DNA of 32,000 nucleotides from Ktedonobacterales bacterium (GCA_030167145.1 CP126532.1:4320001-4352000), one strand, 5' to 3'. Positions 23,606-32,000 are shown, numbered from the stretch's first letter. Notes: a model not told the origin generated them from the sequence alone. Translations and numbers: made by a program.

Positions 23606-25225
23606 TTATGCTCGCCCAGCAGTCAGCGGCTTTTCTTCGGGGGCGATGGTCGGACCAGTCACAGTCGCGAGGGGCAGATGGACGGTGAAGCAGCTACCGA
23701 GGCTGGGGGTGCTTGCTACGGTGACGGTTCCGCCCATGGCTTCGGTCAGTTCTTTGACCAGCGCCAGCCCCAGGCCGGAGCCAGTGCCGGGACGCGCGCG
23801 GCTGCTCTCGCCACGGTAGAAGCGCTCGAAGATGCGCGGCAAATCTTCTGGGGCGATGCCTTCGCCGGTATCCTTGACGTGAAGCGCTACGCAGGCTGGC
23901 TCGGCCTCGGCCACAACCGCGACGATACCGCCCGGCGCGGTGTGGCGGACGGCGTTGTGCAGCAGATTTTGCAGGACTTGCTCCAAGCGGCTGGCGTCGG
24001 CATGGGCGAGCGGCAGAACGTCTGGGACTTCGGCGGCAATCTCGACTTTGCTGCCACGCCAGGCGAGCGGGGCCATCTTCTCGACGACTTGCTGGGCGAT
24101 CTGCCCGGCGTCCACTGGCTCGCAGCGCAGTTCCAGCCGCTTGATCTCTGCGCGCGAGAGCGTGAAGAGGTCGTCAATCAGCGTTTGCAAGTGAACTGTC
24201 TCATGTTCCATCACCGCCAGATCGTGGCGTAGGGTGGGTGGCGGCGAGTCGTCCCAGTGGATGCGCGTGGATTCCAGGTAGCTGCGTAACGTCGCGACCG
24301 GGGTACGCAGTTCATGGGAGACGCTGGCCACCAGTTCGCGCCGCGCCTGGAGCAGCTTTGCCACGGTGTCGCGCTCGGCCTGGAGTTCGCGCACGGCGCG
24401 TTCGAGGTCCGCTGCCATGGCGTTGAAGTCGGCCTGAAGCTGGGCGACCTCATCTTCACCGACGACCGGCACGCGCACACTATAATCGCCATCGCGCAGT
24501 GTCGCCGTCGCGTCCGTCAGCGAGCGCAAGCGCCGCGTGGTGCGCCTGGCGAAGAGGTACGAGAAGAGCGCCGACGGTGGCAACACCACGAGCAAGGCAA
24601 TGACGGTGAGGATGAAGAAGATGAACAGGATGGGAAGGAGCTGAGGCGAGATGGTGTGGGTAGTGAAGATGTCGGTGAGAATCACCAACAAGACCAGCAG
24701 CATCGCTCCGAGCACCACCACGACCAGATGCGCGTGGGTCAGCGACCAAACGAGGCGGCGGCGGCGCATGCCGTTCCAGATGGTGAGCGCGCGCACGCCA
24801 AGGCGTGAGACGACGAACGCACAGGTAAACGCGGCGAGCCAGAGGCAGAAGAACCAGGGACTAGGAAAGTGCGAACCGTTGCCAAGCTGCGCCTCCGCCT
24901 GCCACAGGTTCGTGAGTAGCAACGAGGGGGTCAGCCCGATGGCGAGGCCCATCAGCGTGTAGAGCGCCAGCCGCAGCCACCACGGAAGCGCCGGACGCCG
25001 CATGCGGAAAACGCACCAGAGAATGCAGGCTGGACCAATGATGACGGTGAGCGTAATCGCGGCGCGGAACTGGAGGGCGAGCGTCGCGTGCGGCTGCCAG
25101 ATCAGCACCCAGAGCAATACGGGCGCCTGAATTGCCGCCACCTCGGCGAAGGCGCGCCACGGGCTGGCCGTGAGCCAGAGGGTGCGCCAGCGCGCCTGTA
25201 GCGTGCGCCACACTTCCAGAGTCAT
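23606..25225 (-). CDS. Sensor histidine kinase (about 6 TM helices, HAMP, HisKA, HATPase_c)
   Basis: H box SHELRTPVATL, N box LLHNAVRHT, G1 DTGEGI, G2 GSGLGLAL. A HAMP-like segment lies after the last TM. There is no large extracytoplasmic domain. I prefer ATG 25225 (GAGGG RBS, 14 nt after the regulator stop) over TTG 25273. Confidence 0.9.
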   Translation of the reverse strand: MTLEVWRTLQARWRTLWLTASPWRAFAEVAAIQAPVLLWVLIWQPHATLALQFRAAITLTVIIGPACILWCVFRMRRPALPWWLRLALYTLMGLAIGLTPSLLLTNLWQAEAQLGNGSHFPSPWFFCLWLAAFTCAFVVSRLGVRALTIWNGMRRRRLVWSLTHAHLVVVVLGAMLLVLLVILTDIFTTHTISPQLLPILFIFFILTVIALLVVLPPSALFSYLFARRTTRRLRSLTDATATLRDGDYSVRVPVVGEDEVAQLQADFNAMAADLERAVRELQAERDTVAKLLQARRELVASVSHELRTPVATLRSYLESTRIHWDDSPPPTLRHDLAVMEHETVHLQTLIDDLFTLSRAEIKRLELRCEPVDAGQIAQQVVEKMAPLAWRGSKVEIAAEVPDVLPLAHADASRLEQVLQNLLHNAVRHTAPGGIVAVVAEAEPACVALHVKDTGEGIAPEDLPRIFERFYRGESSRARPGTGSGLGLALVKELTEAMGGTVTVASTPSLGSCFTVHLPLATVTGPTIAPEEKPLTAGRA

Positions 25226-25239
25226 AGGTGTCGCCCTCG

Positions 25240-25935
<696 letters not shown>

Positions 25936-26014
25936 CGTCCATGCCTTCCACCAGTATGCGTCAGTGTTCGATATTCCCGGTACACGTAGCGTTTGTGTAG
26001 CTCGTCATGTCCAC

Positions 26015-26042
26015 ATTATATGCGCCCATCGCGCGGTGTGAA
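26015..26042 (-). promoter_or_regulatory. Strong sigma-70-like promoter candidate for the response regulator/kinase operon (TTCACA-16 nt-TATAAT on the minus strand)
   Basis: Plus-strand tgtgaa at 26037-26042 and attata at 26015-26020, which read TTCACA and TATAAT on the minus strand with a 16-nt spacer. About 80 nt upstream of ATG 25935. Sequence match only. Confidence 0.45.
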
Positions 26043-26068
26043 CCCCACGATACCCCACCTCAGCCATC

Positions 26069-26086
26069 TGCGACAGAGTTGCGACA
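26069..26086 (+). promoter_or_regulatory. Direct-repeat box 1: TGCGACA-gagt-TGCGACA (candidate response-regulator binding site)
   Basis: Two perfect 7-mers with 11-bp periodicity, followed by in-phase degenerate copies at 26091 (GGCGATG) and 26102 (CATGACA). A TATCTT hexamer lies exactly 31 nt after the second repeat (26118-26123). Confidence 0.45.
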
Positions 26087-26201
26087 CTCCGGCGATGAGT
26101 CCATGACATCGGTGGCTTATCTTGATGGTGGGTGGTGGGTACATCCCGCATCGCTGCCCGCAGATGGAGCGCCCGGCGCGCTAGAAAGACGAAGGATACC
26201 G

Positions 26202-26792
26202 ATGGCTACCGCGACATTGAAGCGACCCGATGAGCCGCCAGTACACGTACCCGCGCCCGCGGACAACCGCCAAAGGTCACTACCCGCGCGGGCACGGCGT
26301 TTCGCGCGGCGACATGGCGCACGGGCGCTGCTGTGGCGCGGCTGCATCCGCCTGTGGGGCGCGCTGCCGTGGCAACTTCAGCGCCTGGCGGTCCGGGTGG
26401 GAGCGCCGAAAGTCTCGTATGGCGCGTGCGCGATCATTCAGGATGCGCGGGGGCGAGTGCTGCTGGCGCATCACACCTATCGCCAGCGCGCGTGGGGGCT
26501 GCCGGGCGGATTCGTGAAGCGCGGCGAGCATCCATGCGATGCCGTGGCGCGTGAGATTCGCGAGGAGTTGGGGGCGACGGCGCTTGTTGGAGCGGTGCTC
26601 TATGCTGGCATGGAGATGTCGGGCAGGCATCTCACACTGTATTACCGCGCCACGCTGCTCGGCGAGCCACTGCCAGACGATGTCGAAATTGACGACTATC
26701 GCTACGCGGCGCTCGACGATGTGGCCGCGCTACTCGGCGCTGATGCCGTGCCGTGGCTCGCATGCCTACGCGACGAGCGCCGCGCCTCGTGA
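26202..26792 (+). CDS. Nudix hydrolase
   Basis: Complete Nudix box GGFVKRGEHPCDAVAREIREELGA (G-x5-E-x7-REUxEExGU). ATG 26202 is preferred: GAAGGA lies 5 nt upstream, and the longer ORF from 26007 would overlap the divergent promoter and box 1. About 65 residues of basic/amphipathic N-terminal extension precede the Nudix fold. Confidence 0.85.
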   Translation: MATATLKRPDEPPVHVPAPADNRQRSLPARARRFARRHGARALLWRGCIRLWGALPWQLQRLAVRVGAPKVSYGACAIIQDARGRVLLAHHTYRQRAWGLPGGFVKRGEHPCDAVAREIREELGATALVGAVLYAGMEMSGRHLTLYYRATLLGEPLPDDVEIDDYRYAALDDVAALLGADAVPWLACLRDERRAS

Positions 26793-26811
26793 CGCTTGCG
26801 TGACGCTCGAT

Positions 26812-26829
26812 TGCGACACTTTTGCGACA
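26812..26829 (+). promoter_or_regulatory. Direct-repeat box 2: TGCGACA-cttt-TGCGACA (candidate response-regulator binding site)
   Basis: Same 7+4+7 layout as box 1, with in-phase degenerate copies at 26834 (CGCGATA) and 26845 (CGTGACA). A TATCCT hexamer lies exactly 31 nt after the second repeat (26861-26866). About 85 nt upstream of ATG 26914. Confidence 0.45.
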
Positions 26830-26913
26830 TCCACGCGATATCCGCGTGACACGTCGCCTGTATCCTCAGTAGCAGCTATCACTGAACTCCACAGAAAGGG
26901 AGAACACCAACAC

Positions 26914-27912
26914 ATGACTGGAACACTCAGCGCGACCCGCCCACAGCAGAGCACGAATCGCCGCAGTGGCAACGTGGTGCTGCAAACCCAGGCACTCACC
27001 AAGCGCTACGGCGAACGGCTGGCGGTCAACAATCTCGATCTGGCCGTTTATCAGGGTGACATCTTCGGCTTCCTCGGCCCCAACGGCGCAGGCAAAACGA
27101 CCACGATTCGCATGGCGCTTGGCCTGATTACGCCGACGAGCGGCAGCGTGGAGGTTCTGGGCCAGGAGGTGCAGCAGCACCGCGCCGCCGTCTTGCCGCG
27201 CGTAGGGGCGCTGGTGGAGACGCCCGCGCTGTATCTGTACATGTCGGGGCGCGACAACCTGCGCGCCGTGGCGTCGGTGCTGGGCGGCGTGCCGGAGGCG
27301 CGGCTGGATTACGTGCTTGATCTGGTGGGGCTGGCCGGACGCGACAAAGATCGGGTGCGCACGTACTCGCTGGGCATGAAACAACGGCTGGGCGTGGCGA
27401 TTGCGCTGCTCAATGATCCGGACCTGCTGGTGTTGGATGAGCCGGCCAACGGGCTAGACCCGGCGGGCATCGTGGAGATGCGCGACTTGATGCGACGGCT
27501 CGCGGCGGAGGGTAAGACGGTCTTCATTTCGAGTCACGTGTTGACTGAGGTGCGGCAGATCTGCACGCGGGTGGCGATTCTGGCGCAGGGCAAACTGGTG
27601 ACGGAGACGACGATTGACGAGCTGGTCAAGGGGCACGGCGAATTCGTGGTGACGCTGGAACCGGCATATCTGAACGAGGCGCTGGCGCTGGTGCGGCAGC
27701 AGCCGTGGGGCACGCGGGCACGAGTGGATGCGGTGACGAATGCGCTGATTACGTCCGCGCCGCAGGGGCATGGGCGCGACCTGAATCTGTTTCTGGTGCA
27801 GGCGGGCTTTGCGCCCGACGGGCTGACACCGCAGACGCAGGATCTCGAACAGGTCTTCTTGCAGCTTACGGGCACGGACCCCAAGAACGGCAAGGTGGAG
27901 AAGCAGTCATGA
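26914..27912 (+). CDS. ABC transporter ATP-binding protein (ABC-2 / drug-exporter type, with C-terminal accessory domain)
   Basis: Walker A GPNGAGKTT, signature YSLGMKQRL, Walker B LLVLDEP, H-loop SSHVL. ATG 26914 is preceded by AAAGGGAGA. The upstream part of the ORF-track entry (26539-26913) overlaps the Nudix gene and is rejected. Confidence 0.95.
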   Translation: MTGTLSATRPQQSTNRRSGNVVLQTQALTKRYGERLAVNNLDLAVYQGDIFGFLGPNGAGKTTTIRMALGLITPTSGSVEVLGQEVQQHRAAVLPRVGALVETPALYLYMSGRDNLRAVASVLGGVPEARLDYVLDLVGLAGRDKDRVRTYSLGMKQRLGVAIALLNDPDLLVLDEPANGLDPAGIVEMRDLMRRLAAEGKTVFISSHVLTEVRQICTRVAILAQGKLVTETTIDELVKGHGEFVVTLEPAYLNEALALVRQQPWGTRARVDAVTNALITSAPQGHGRDLNLFLVQAGFAPDGLTPQTQDLEQVFLQLTGTDPKNGKVEKQS

Positions 27913-28835
27913 GTTCAGCTACGATTCCGGCGCGCGTCGCACGCGGCGCGGGGACATCGGTGCTGCGCCCAAGCTTTTTGGGCATGGTGCGCGGGGAGTT
28001 TTTGAAGGTCGCGCGGCAGTGGAGCACGTGGATCATGCTGGCGCTGCTGGTGGGGGTGCTGTGCCTGCCGTTTCTGATTAGCCTGACGGGCAGCGGCTTC
28101 AAGGAGGTGTTGCAGCAGGATCCCCTGGATGCGATGTATCGCACGATGGGGCGGAATCTGCTGGTGCTGCGGGTCTTTGTGGGGCCGGTGCTGGTGGTGC
28201 TGACGGCGCGGCTGATCGGGATGGAGTATTCGAGCGGCACGATTCGCGTGCTGCTGGCGCGTGGCGTGGGAAGATTGCAGTTGCTGGGCGCGAAGCTGGT
28301 GGTGCTGGGCATCATCGGCCTGGCCATCCTGGTTGGCGGCCTGCTGGTCGAATTGCTGCTGACGGTGGCGAACGTGGGGATCATCGCCGGCAATCTGGAT
28401 GCGCTGAAGGCGCTGAATAGCGGCTTCTGGGATGACACGCGGATGTACGTCGTCACGATTGCGATCAGCATGGCGGTGACGATTCTGATGGCGGCGGCGG
28501 TGACGATTCTGGGGCGGTCACTGGCGGTGGGGCTGAGTGTTGGGTTGACGTTCTTCGCCGCCGATAACATCGGGGTGATCTTCTTCTATCTGGCGTTCCG
28601 GCTGACCAACGGCGATTTCTGGAATCTCGCCACGGGCGATTTGCTTGGGCCGAACCTGAACGCGATGCCGCGCGTGCTGTTGTCACATCAGGCTGGCGCG
28701 GCGAAGTTTGGCTCGCTGCAATTGCCGCTGGTGCCGGTGACGGGCGGGCATACGCTGCTGGTGACCGGAATCTGGTCCGCCGCATTCATCGTGGCGATGG
28801 TGTGGCTGACGTGGAAGCGCGACATCAAGGAATAG
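27909..28835 (+). CDS. ABC-2 type transporter permease (paralog 1)
   Basis: ATG 27909 overlaps the ATPase stop (ATGA). 308 aa with about 6 hydrophobic segments. It shares blocks with the next gene: RPSFLGMVRGEFLKVARQ, LTARLIGMEYSSGTIRVLLARGVGRLQLLGAKL, FFAADNIGVIFF, ATGDLLGPNLN, PLVPVTGGHTLLVT, FIVAMVWLTWKRD. Confidence 0.85.
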   Translation: MSSATIPARVARGAGTSVLRPSFLGMVRGEFLKVARQWSTWIMLALLVGVLCLPFLISLTGSGFKEVLQQDPLDAMYRTMGRNLLVLRVFVGPVLVVLTARLIGMEYSSGTIRVLLARGVGRLQLLGAKLVVLGIIGLAILVGGLLVELLLTVANVGIIAGNLDALKALNSGFWDDTRMYVVTIAISMAVTILMAAAVTILGRSLAVGLSVGLTFFAADNIGVIFFYLAFRLTNGDFWNLATGDLLGPNLNAMPRVLLSHQAGAAKFGSLQLPLVPVTGGHTLLVTGIWSAAFIVAMVWLTWKRDIKE

Positions 28836-28904
28836 CACAGCAAGAACGTCATGGGGGCGTCCGGTGGACGCCCAACCTGCTCACATTTGGGGAGACACGA
28901 ATCT

Positions 28905-29840
28905 ATGTCGGTTACATGGACGGCGACGCCGGTTGCGGTCGCCAGCGAGCAAACAGAGCGGCCAAGCTTCTTCGGCCTGCTGCGCGGCGAGCTTTTCAAA
29001 ATTGCGCGCCAGCGGGCGATGTGGGTGATGGCGGCGGTGCTGGCGCTGCTTATCTGCGCGCCATATCTGATCGAGATGGCGGCGAAAGGCGGAAATGAGA
29101 AGACGCTGCTGACGCAGCAGCCGTTGCAGTTCCTCTACATCATGGGGGGCAGCAATCTGCTGGTGCTGCGCGTCTTCTCCGGCACATTCCTGATTCTGCT
29201 GACGGCGCGGCTGATCGGGATGGAGTATTCGAGCGGCACGATCCGCGTGCTGCTGGCGCGCGGGGTGGGGCGGCTGCAACTGCTGGGCGCGAAGCTGCTG
29301 GCGATGGCAGTGGTGGCGCTGGCGGTGCTGGCGGGCGCGCTGGTGATAGATGCGCTGCTGTCGCTGGCGACGCTGTCGGCGATTGGCGGGAATCTCGACG
29401 CGCTGAAGGCGATCAACGGGGATTTCTGGAATGACATGCTGGTGTACATCGGCACGGTGCTGATCAGTATGGGTGTCTCGATCTTGATGGCCGCCGCTGT
29501 GACGGTGCTGACGCGCTCGCTGGCCGCTGGGATGAGCATCGCGGTGACCTTCTTCGCCGCCGACAATATCGGGGTGATCTTCTTCTTGCTGGCGTCCCGG
29601 CTCACCGGCAGCAATTTCTGGACGCTGGCAACCGGCGATCTGCTTGGCCCGAACCTGAACGTGATGGCGGGGCAGGTGCTACCCGCGCGCGCGGCGGGCG
29701 CGACGTTCGCGTCGGGTGCGTTCGCGCCGCCGCTGGTGCCGGTGACCGGCGGCCACACGCTGCTCGTCACTGCCATCTGGGGCGCGCTGTTCATCGTGGC
29801 GATGGTATGGCTGACGTGGAAGCGCGACGTGCAGGAATAG
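28905..29840 (+). CDS. ABC-2 type transporter permease (paralog 2)
   Basis: ATG 28905 (GGGGAG upstream). 311 aa, collinear with paralog 1 and sharing the same conserved blocks. The ORF track starts at 28851. Confidence 0.85.
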   Translation: MSVTWTATPVAVASEQTERPSFFGLLRGELFKIARQRAMWVMAAVLALLICAPYLIEMAAKGGNEKTLLTQQPLQFLYIMGGSNLLVLRVFSGTFLILLTARLIGMEYSSGTIRVLLARGVGRLQLLGAKLLAMAVVALAVLAGALVIDALLSLATLSAIGGNLDALKAINGDFWNDMLVYIGTVLISMGVSILMAAAVTVLTRSLAAGMSIAVTFFAADNIGVIFFLLASRLTGSNFWTLATGDLLGPNLNVMAGQVLPARAAGATFASGAFAPPLVPVTGGHTLLVTAIWGALFIVAMVWLTWKRDVQE

Positions 29841-29859
29841 CGGTGTGAGGATTGCTATC

Positions 29860-29889
29860 GGGGCCATCCGCCAGCAGGTGGGTGGCCCC
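29860..29889 (+). terminator. GC-rich hairpin after the ABC operon (possible terminator)
   Basis: GGGGCCATCC (29860-29869) pairs with GGGTGGCCCC (29880-29889) as a 10-bp stem with one G-U and a 10-nt loop. It is followed by CCTTCATGTTGT, a weak T-tract. Confidence 0.35.
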
Positions 29890-29892
29890 CCT

Positions 29893-30759
29893 TCATGTTG
29901 TGGGCGGCGCATCGGGTGCGAGGCCCGCGTCATCCAAGGCGCGGGCGAGCAGATCGGCGACGCCAATGGTTGCGGCCCACTGGCGCATATAGGCGAGATC
30001 TAACGCATTTGCTTGTACTTTCAGGATTCCTTGAATATCCAGCCATTGCCGCTCGGAGGTTTCTCCGCCCATCCTGTACCATTCGAGCTTCGCAAGGATG
30101 GTGTCTTCGGGTGACGGCCACACAAACGCGGGGTGCGTAGCTGCATCGCCTGGCTCCTGCCTGCGTATCCGGCTGAAAGCTTCGTGGTCAAATGGCCGTG
30201 ATTTGAGAACAAAGACATCAATCTTGACGGTGGTATCGAAGTGGATCAGGTTGAAGGAACTCTGCCGCTGAATAGCATCACGGGCAGCTAGCTCATCAAC
30301 GTAGTAAGTATTCTGAAGTTGTGCTATGAATGGCTTCACGTGCTCTAGTTTGAGGTCCGCAACGAGGTCAACGTCCATAGTTGAGCGCGGCCTGCCATAG
30401 AGCGAGCTAGCGACGGAGCCACCAATGTAGTAGGGGATGCCCATCTGCTCAAGTGCGTCGATAACCGGGACCAGCGCCGCTAAGACTGATGGCTGCATAT
30501 TCACGATGGTTCTCCCCAGTAAGGATATGCGCACCCGCTCCGCGAGTGGCAGCACATATCGCGAGGCGAGTGACGCGAGACGCACTTCATGCTCATCAAA
30601 TTCTGGGTGAAGCTCTCTGATTCCTTGCCAGGAAAGCTGTAGTACCCATTGACTCAGCGACATTGCCAATTCCAGGCGCCTGGCGGGGGAGGCGCGACGC
30701 AGCAGTTCGATCTGCACGCGCTCGGCTTCGGGGGTGGTGTCTGGGGATTGGGTTTTCAT
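29893..30759 (-). CDS. Nucleotidyltransferase-fold protein (MNT/pol-beta superfamily) with N-terminal helical extension
   Basis: 288-aa ORF. NTase signature YYIGGSVASSLYGRPRSTMDVDLVADL (G-S ... D-x-D) with a third acidic residue in VKIDVFV. Conserved C-terminal block: PEDTILAKLEWYRMGGETSERQWLDIQGILKVQ. Hand-counted GC is about 47% over 30181-30360, clearly below the flanks. Confidence 0.75.
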   Translation of the reverse strand: MKTQSPDTTPEAERVQIELLRRASPARRLELAMSLSQWVLQLSWQGIRELHPEFDEHEVRLASLASRYVLPLAERVRISLLGRTIVNMQPSVLAALVPVIDALEQMGIPYYIGGSVASSLYGRPRSTMDVDLVADLKLEHVKPFIAQLQNTYYVDELAARDAIQRQSSFNLIHFDTTVKIDVFVLKSRPFDHEAFSRIRRQEPGDAATHPAFVWPSPEDTILAKLEWYRMGGETSERQWLDIQGILKVQANALDLAYMRQWAATIGVADLLARALDDAGLAPDAPPTT

Positions 30760-30865
30760 GTGTGGTGGCCCTTTGGCTCGCGCGGAGAGGCGGCGTCTCC
30801 TCAGCTACAGGATAGCACGCGCGGCGCGGGAAAGCGAGCGACTGTCGCGACACGGGAGTGGTGAG

Positions 30866-31246
30866 TTAGAGGGCGTTCTGGTCGGTCGGATGTTCGCGCA
30901 GGGTTTGGGCACGCCGCCAGGGCCATTCGCCTTCGATCTCGACTTCGAGCGACCAACTCAGGAAGGTGCGGACGAGGACGATCAGCCCCAGGACGATGAC
31001 GCTCTGGAGTGTGGGCGCTACCGCGACGGTGCGAACGATGTCGGCGGCGATCAGGAATTCCAGGCCGAGCAGGATGGCAGAGCCAAGGTTGCGGCGCAGG
31101 CCACGATAAGCCGCCCGCATGTTGCGGTGACGGACGAGCACATCCGCGTAGCGCACCAGGGCGATGACAGCGCCAAGCACGAGCAGGGCGACGCCCACTG
31201 CCTCGAAGACTGATCCGATGTACTCTACGGGATGGGCAACATCCAT
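30866..31246 (-). CDS. DUF1622 domain-containing membrane protein
   Basis: 126-aa ORF. RBS AGGAG lies 8 nt before ATG 31246. The motif LGSAILLGLEFLIAADIVRTV...LIVLVRTFLSWSLEVE is typical of DUF1622. Confidence 0.8.
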   Translation of the reverse strand: MDVAHPVEYIGSVFEAVGVALLVLGAVIALVRYADVLVRHRNMRAAYRGLRRNLGSAILLGLEFLIAADIVRTVAVAPTLQSVIVLGLIVLVRTFLSWSLEVEIEGEWPWRRAQTLREHPTDQNAL

Positions 31247-31310
31247 GAATTACGCTCCTGGGCAACCAGATTCGCGCACGGTGGCGGCACACTCTGATGG
31301 CCCACAGCGC

Positions 31311-31343
31311 ATAAAATGAGCCACCCGCGTTACGGCGGGTGGC
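31311..31343 (-). terminator. Intrinsic terminator downstream of the flotillin gene
   Basis: 9-bp GC-rich stem GCCACCCGC (31320-31328) / GCGGGTGGC (31335-31343) with a 6-nt loop. On the minus strand it is followed by TCATTTTAT (plus-strand aaaa at 31313-31316). It lies about 35 nt after the stop at 31379. Confidence 0.6.
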
Positions 31344-31378
31344 CTGGGTGTTTCGCGTGCGTCGCGTGCGCCCGATGC

Positions 31379-32000
31379 TTAGCGGCTGCGTTGGCGGCGC
31401 GGGCCGGATGGGCGCGTGTTGTTGGTCGCGCCGCCACGTGTTGGCGCGACGCTTGCTGTTGTGTCGCTGTCACCGGTTGAGACGGCGGCGGTGGAAGTAT
31501 CGGATGTATCGGACGGGTTGGGAGTGTCATTAGGTGTGCCGTTGTTTCTCGCCATGGGTGTGCCAGTGGCGTCCGTGTCACTGGTAGTATTCTTTGGCGG
31601 CTCAGCGGTTTCGGAAGCTGGAGTCGCGGTGCTATCTACGACGGTTCGCAGGCCCGGCACACGCGCCAGCAGTTCATCCATCTGCATGCCAGTGAGCGCC
31701 TGGAGGACCGCTGGCACCTGCGCCAGCATATTCACCATGTCGCCGGTGATGCGGCTCGCGCCAAGACTGCCGTCGCCGTTTGCGCCGGTGGAGACGATGC
31801 TGATGCGGTCCACTTTGCTGAGCGGCTCGGCCAGCGCGCGCACGATGTCGGGCAGGTTGCTGACGACTTTATCGAGGACGGCGGCCTGGTTGTATTCCTG
31901 ATATGCTGCCGCTTTGACGCGCATCGCTTCAGCTTCGGCCTCGCCCTTGGCGCGGATGACCTCGGCTTCGGCGAGGCCGCGCAATCGTGAGGCTTCGGCT
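31379..32000 (-). CDS. Flotillin / SPFH (band 7) family protein, C-terminal part (gene continues beyond the window)
   Basis: Ala/Glu-rich flotillin repeat region AEASRLRGLAEAEVIRAKGEAEAEAMRVKAAAYQEYNQAAVLDKVVSNLPDIVRALAEPLSKVDRISIV. A Thr/Ser/Asp/Pro-rich low-complexity tail follows. The frame is open to the window edge. Confidence 0.85.
   Translation of the reverse strand, partial: AEASRLRGLAEAEVIRAKGEAEAEAMRVKAAAYQEYNQAAVLDKVVSNLPDIVRALAEPLSKVDRISIVSTGANGDGSLGASRITGDMVNMLAQVPAVLQALTGMQMDELLARVPGLRTVVDSTATPASETAEPPKNTTSDTDATGTPMARNNGTPNDTPNPSDTSDTSTAAVSTGDSDTTASVAPTRGGATNNTRPSGPRRQRSR

Noticed and set aside
26539-26913. 125-codon N-terminal extension of the ABC ATPase ORF overlapping the Nudix gene
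   Set aside because: It overlaps the motif-supported Nudix frame. ATG 26914 has a good RBS, and the ABC domain starts about 25 residues later.

Overview
High-GC bacterial chromosomal window, roughly two-thirds G+C by hand count of sample stretches. It is densely coding, with about 27 protein genes. I found no rRNA, tRNA or CRISPR array. Strong GGAGG-type RBSs and the protein families look Chloroflexota/Actinomycetota-like, but no firm taxonomic call is possible.

Gene content, left to right:
- Cys/His-rich hypothetical protein (possibly Nmad2-like) next to a decayed IS5-family transposase remnant.
- Membrane fatty-acid desaturase.
- Translationally coupled RHH-protein/HNH-endonuclease pair.
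- Fused LeuC/LeuD-type aconitase-family protein.
- Conserved hypothetical protein, glycogen-debranching (amylo-alpha-1,6-glucosidase) family protein, SCP2 protein.
- Aquaporin, DUF2252 protein, ClC channel coupled to a K+ channel, small 4-TM protein.
- S9 peptidase, ECF sigma/anti-sigma pair, double hot-dog MaoC dehydratase.
- 1372-aa zinc-ribbon / class III cyclase / AAA_16 / TPR protein.
- OmpR-type two-component system, divergent from a Nudix gene and an ABC module (one ATPase plus two paralogous ABC-2 permeases).
- Orphan nucleotidyltransferase, DUF1622 membrane protein, and the 3' part of a flotillin gene running off the window.

Most noteworthy:
1. Two copies of a phased TGCGACA-N4-TGCGACA box sit with identical spacing to a -10-like hexamer, one in front of the Nudix gene and one in front of the ABC operon. 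This suggests a regulon of the adjacent response regulator, in a LanRK/LanFEG-like layout.
2. The HNH gene changes frame exactly at a canonical -1 slippery heptamer, G_GGT_TTA. This could be programmed frameshifting, a homopolymer indel or an assembly error.
3. Three small lower-GC islets each carry a nucleic-acid-enzyme-like gene: the Nmad2-like gene with the IS remnant, the RHH/HNH pair, and the NTase.

Many long ORFs in the supplied track are antisense shadow ORFs typical of high-GC DNA and were rejected. All family assignments rest on motif recognition by eye; no database search was possible.
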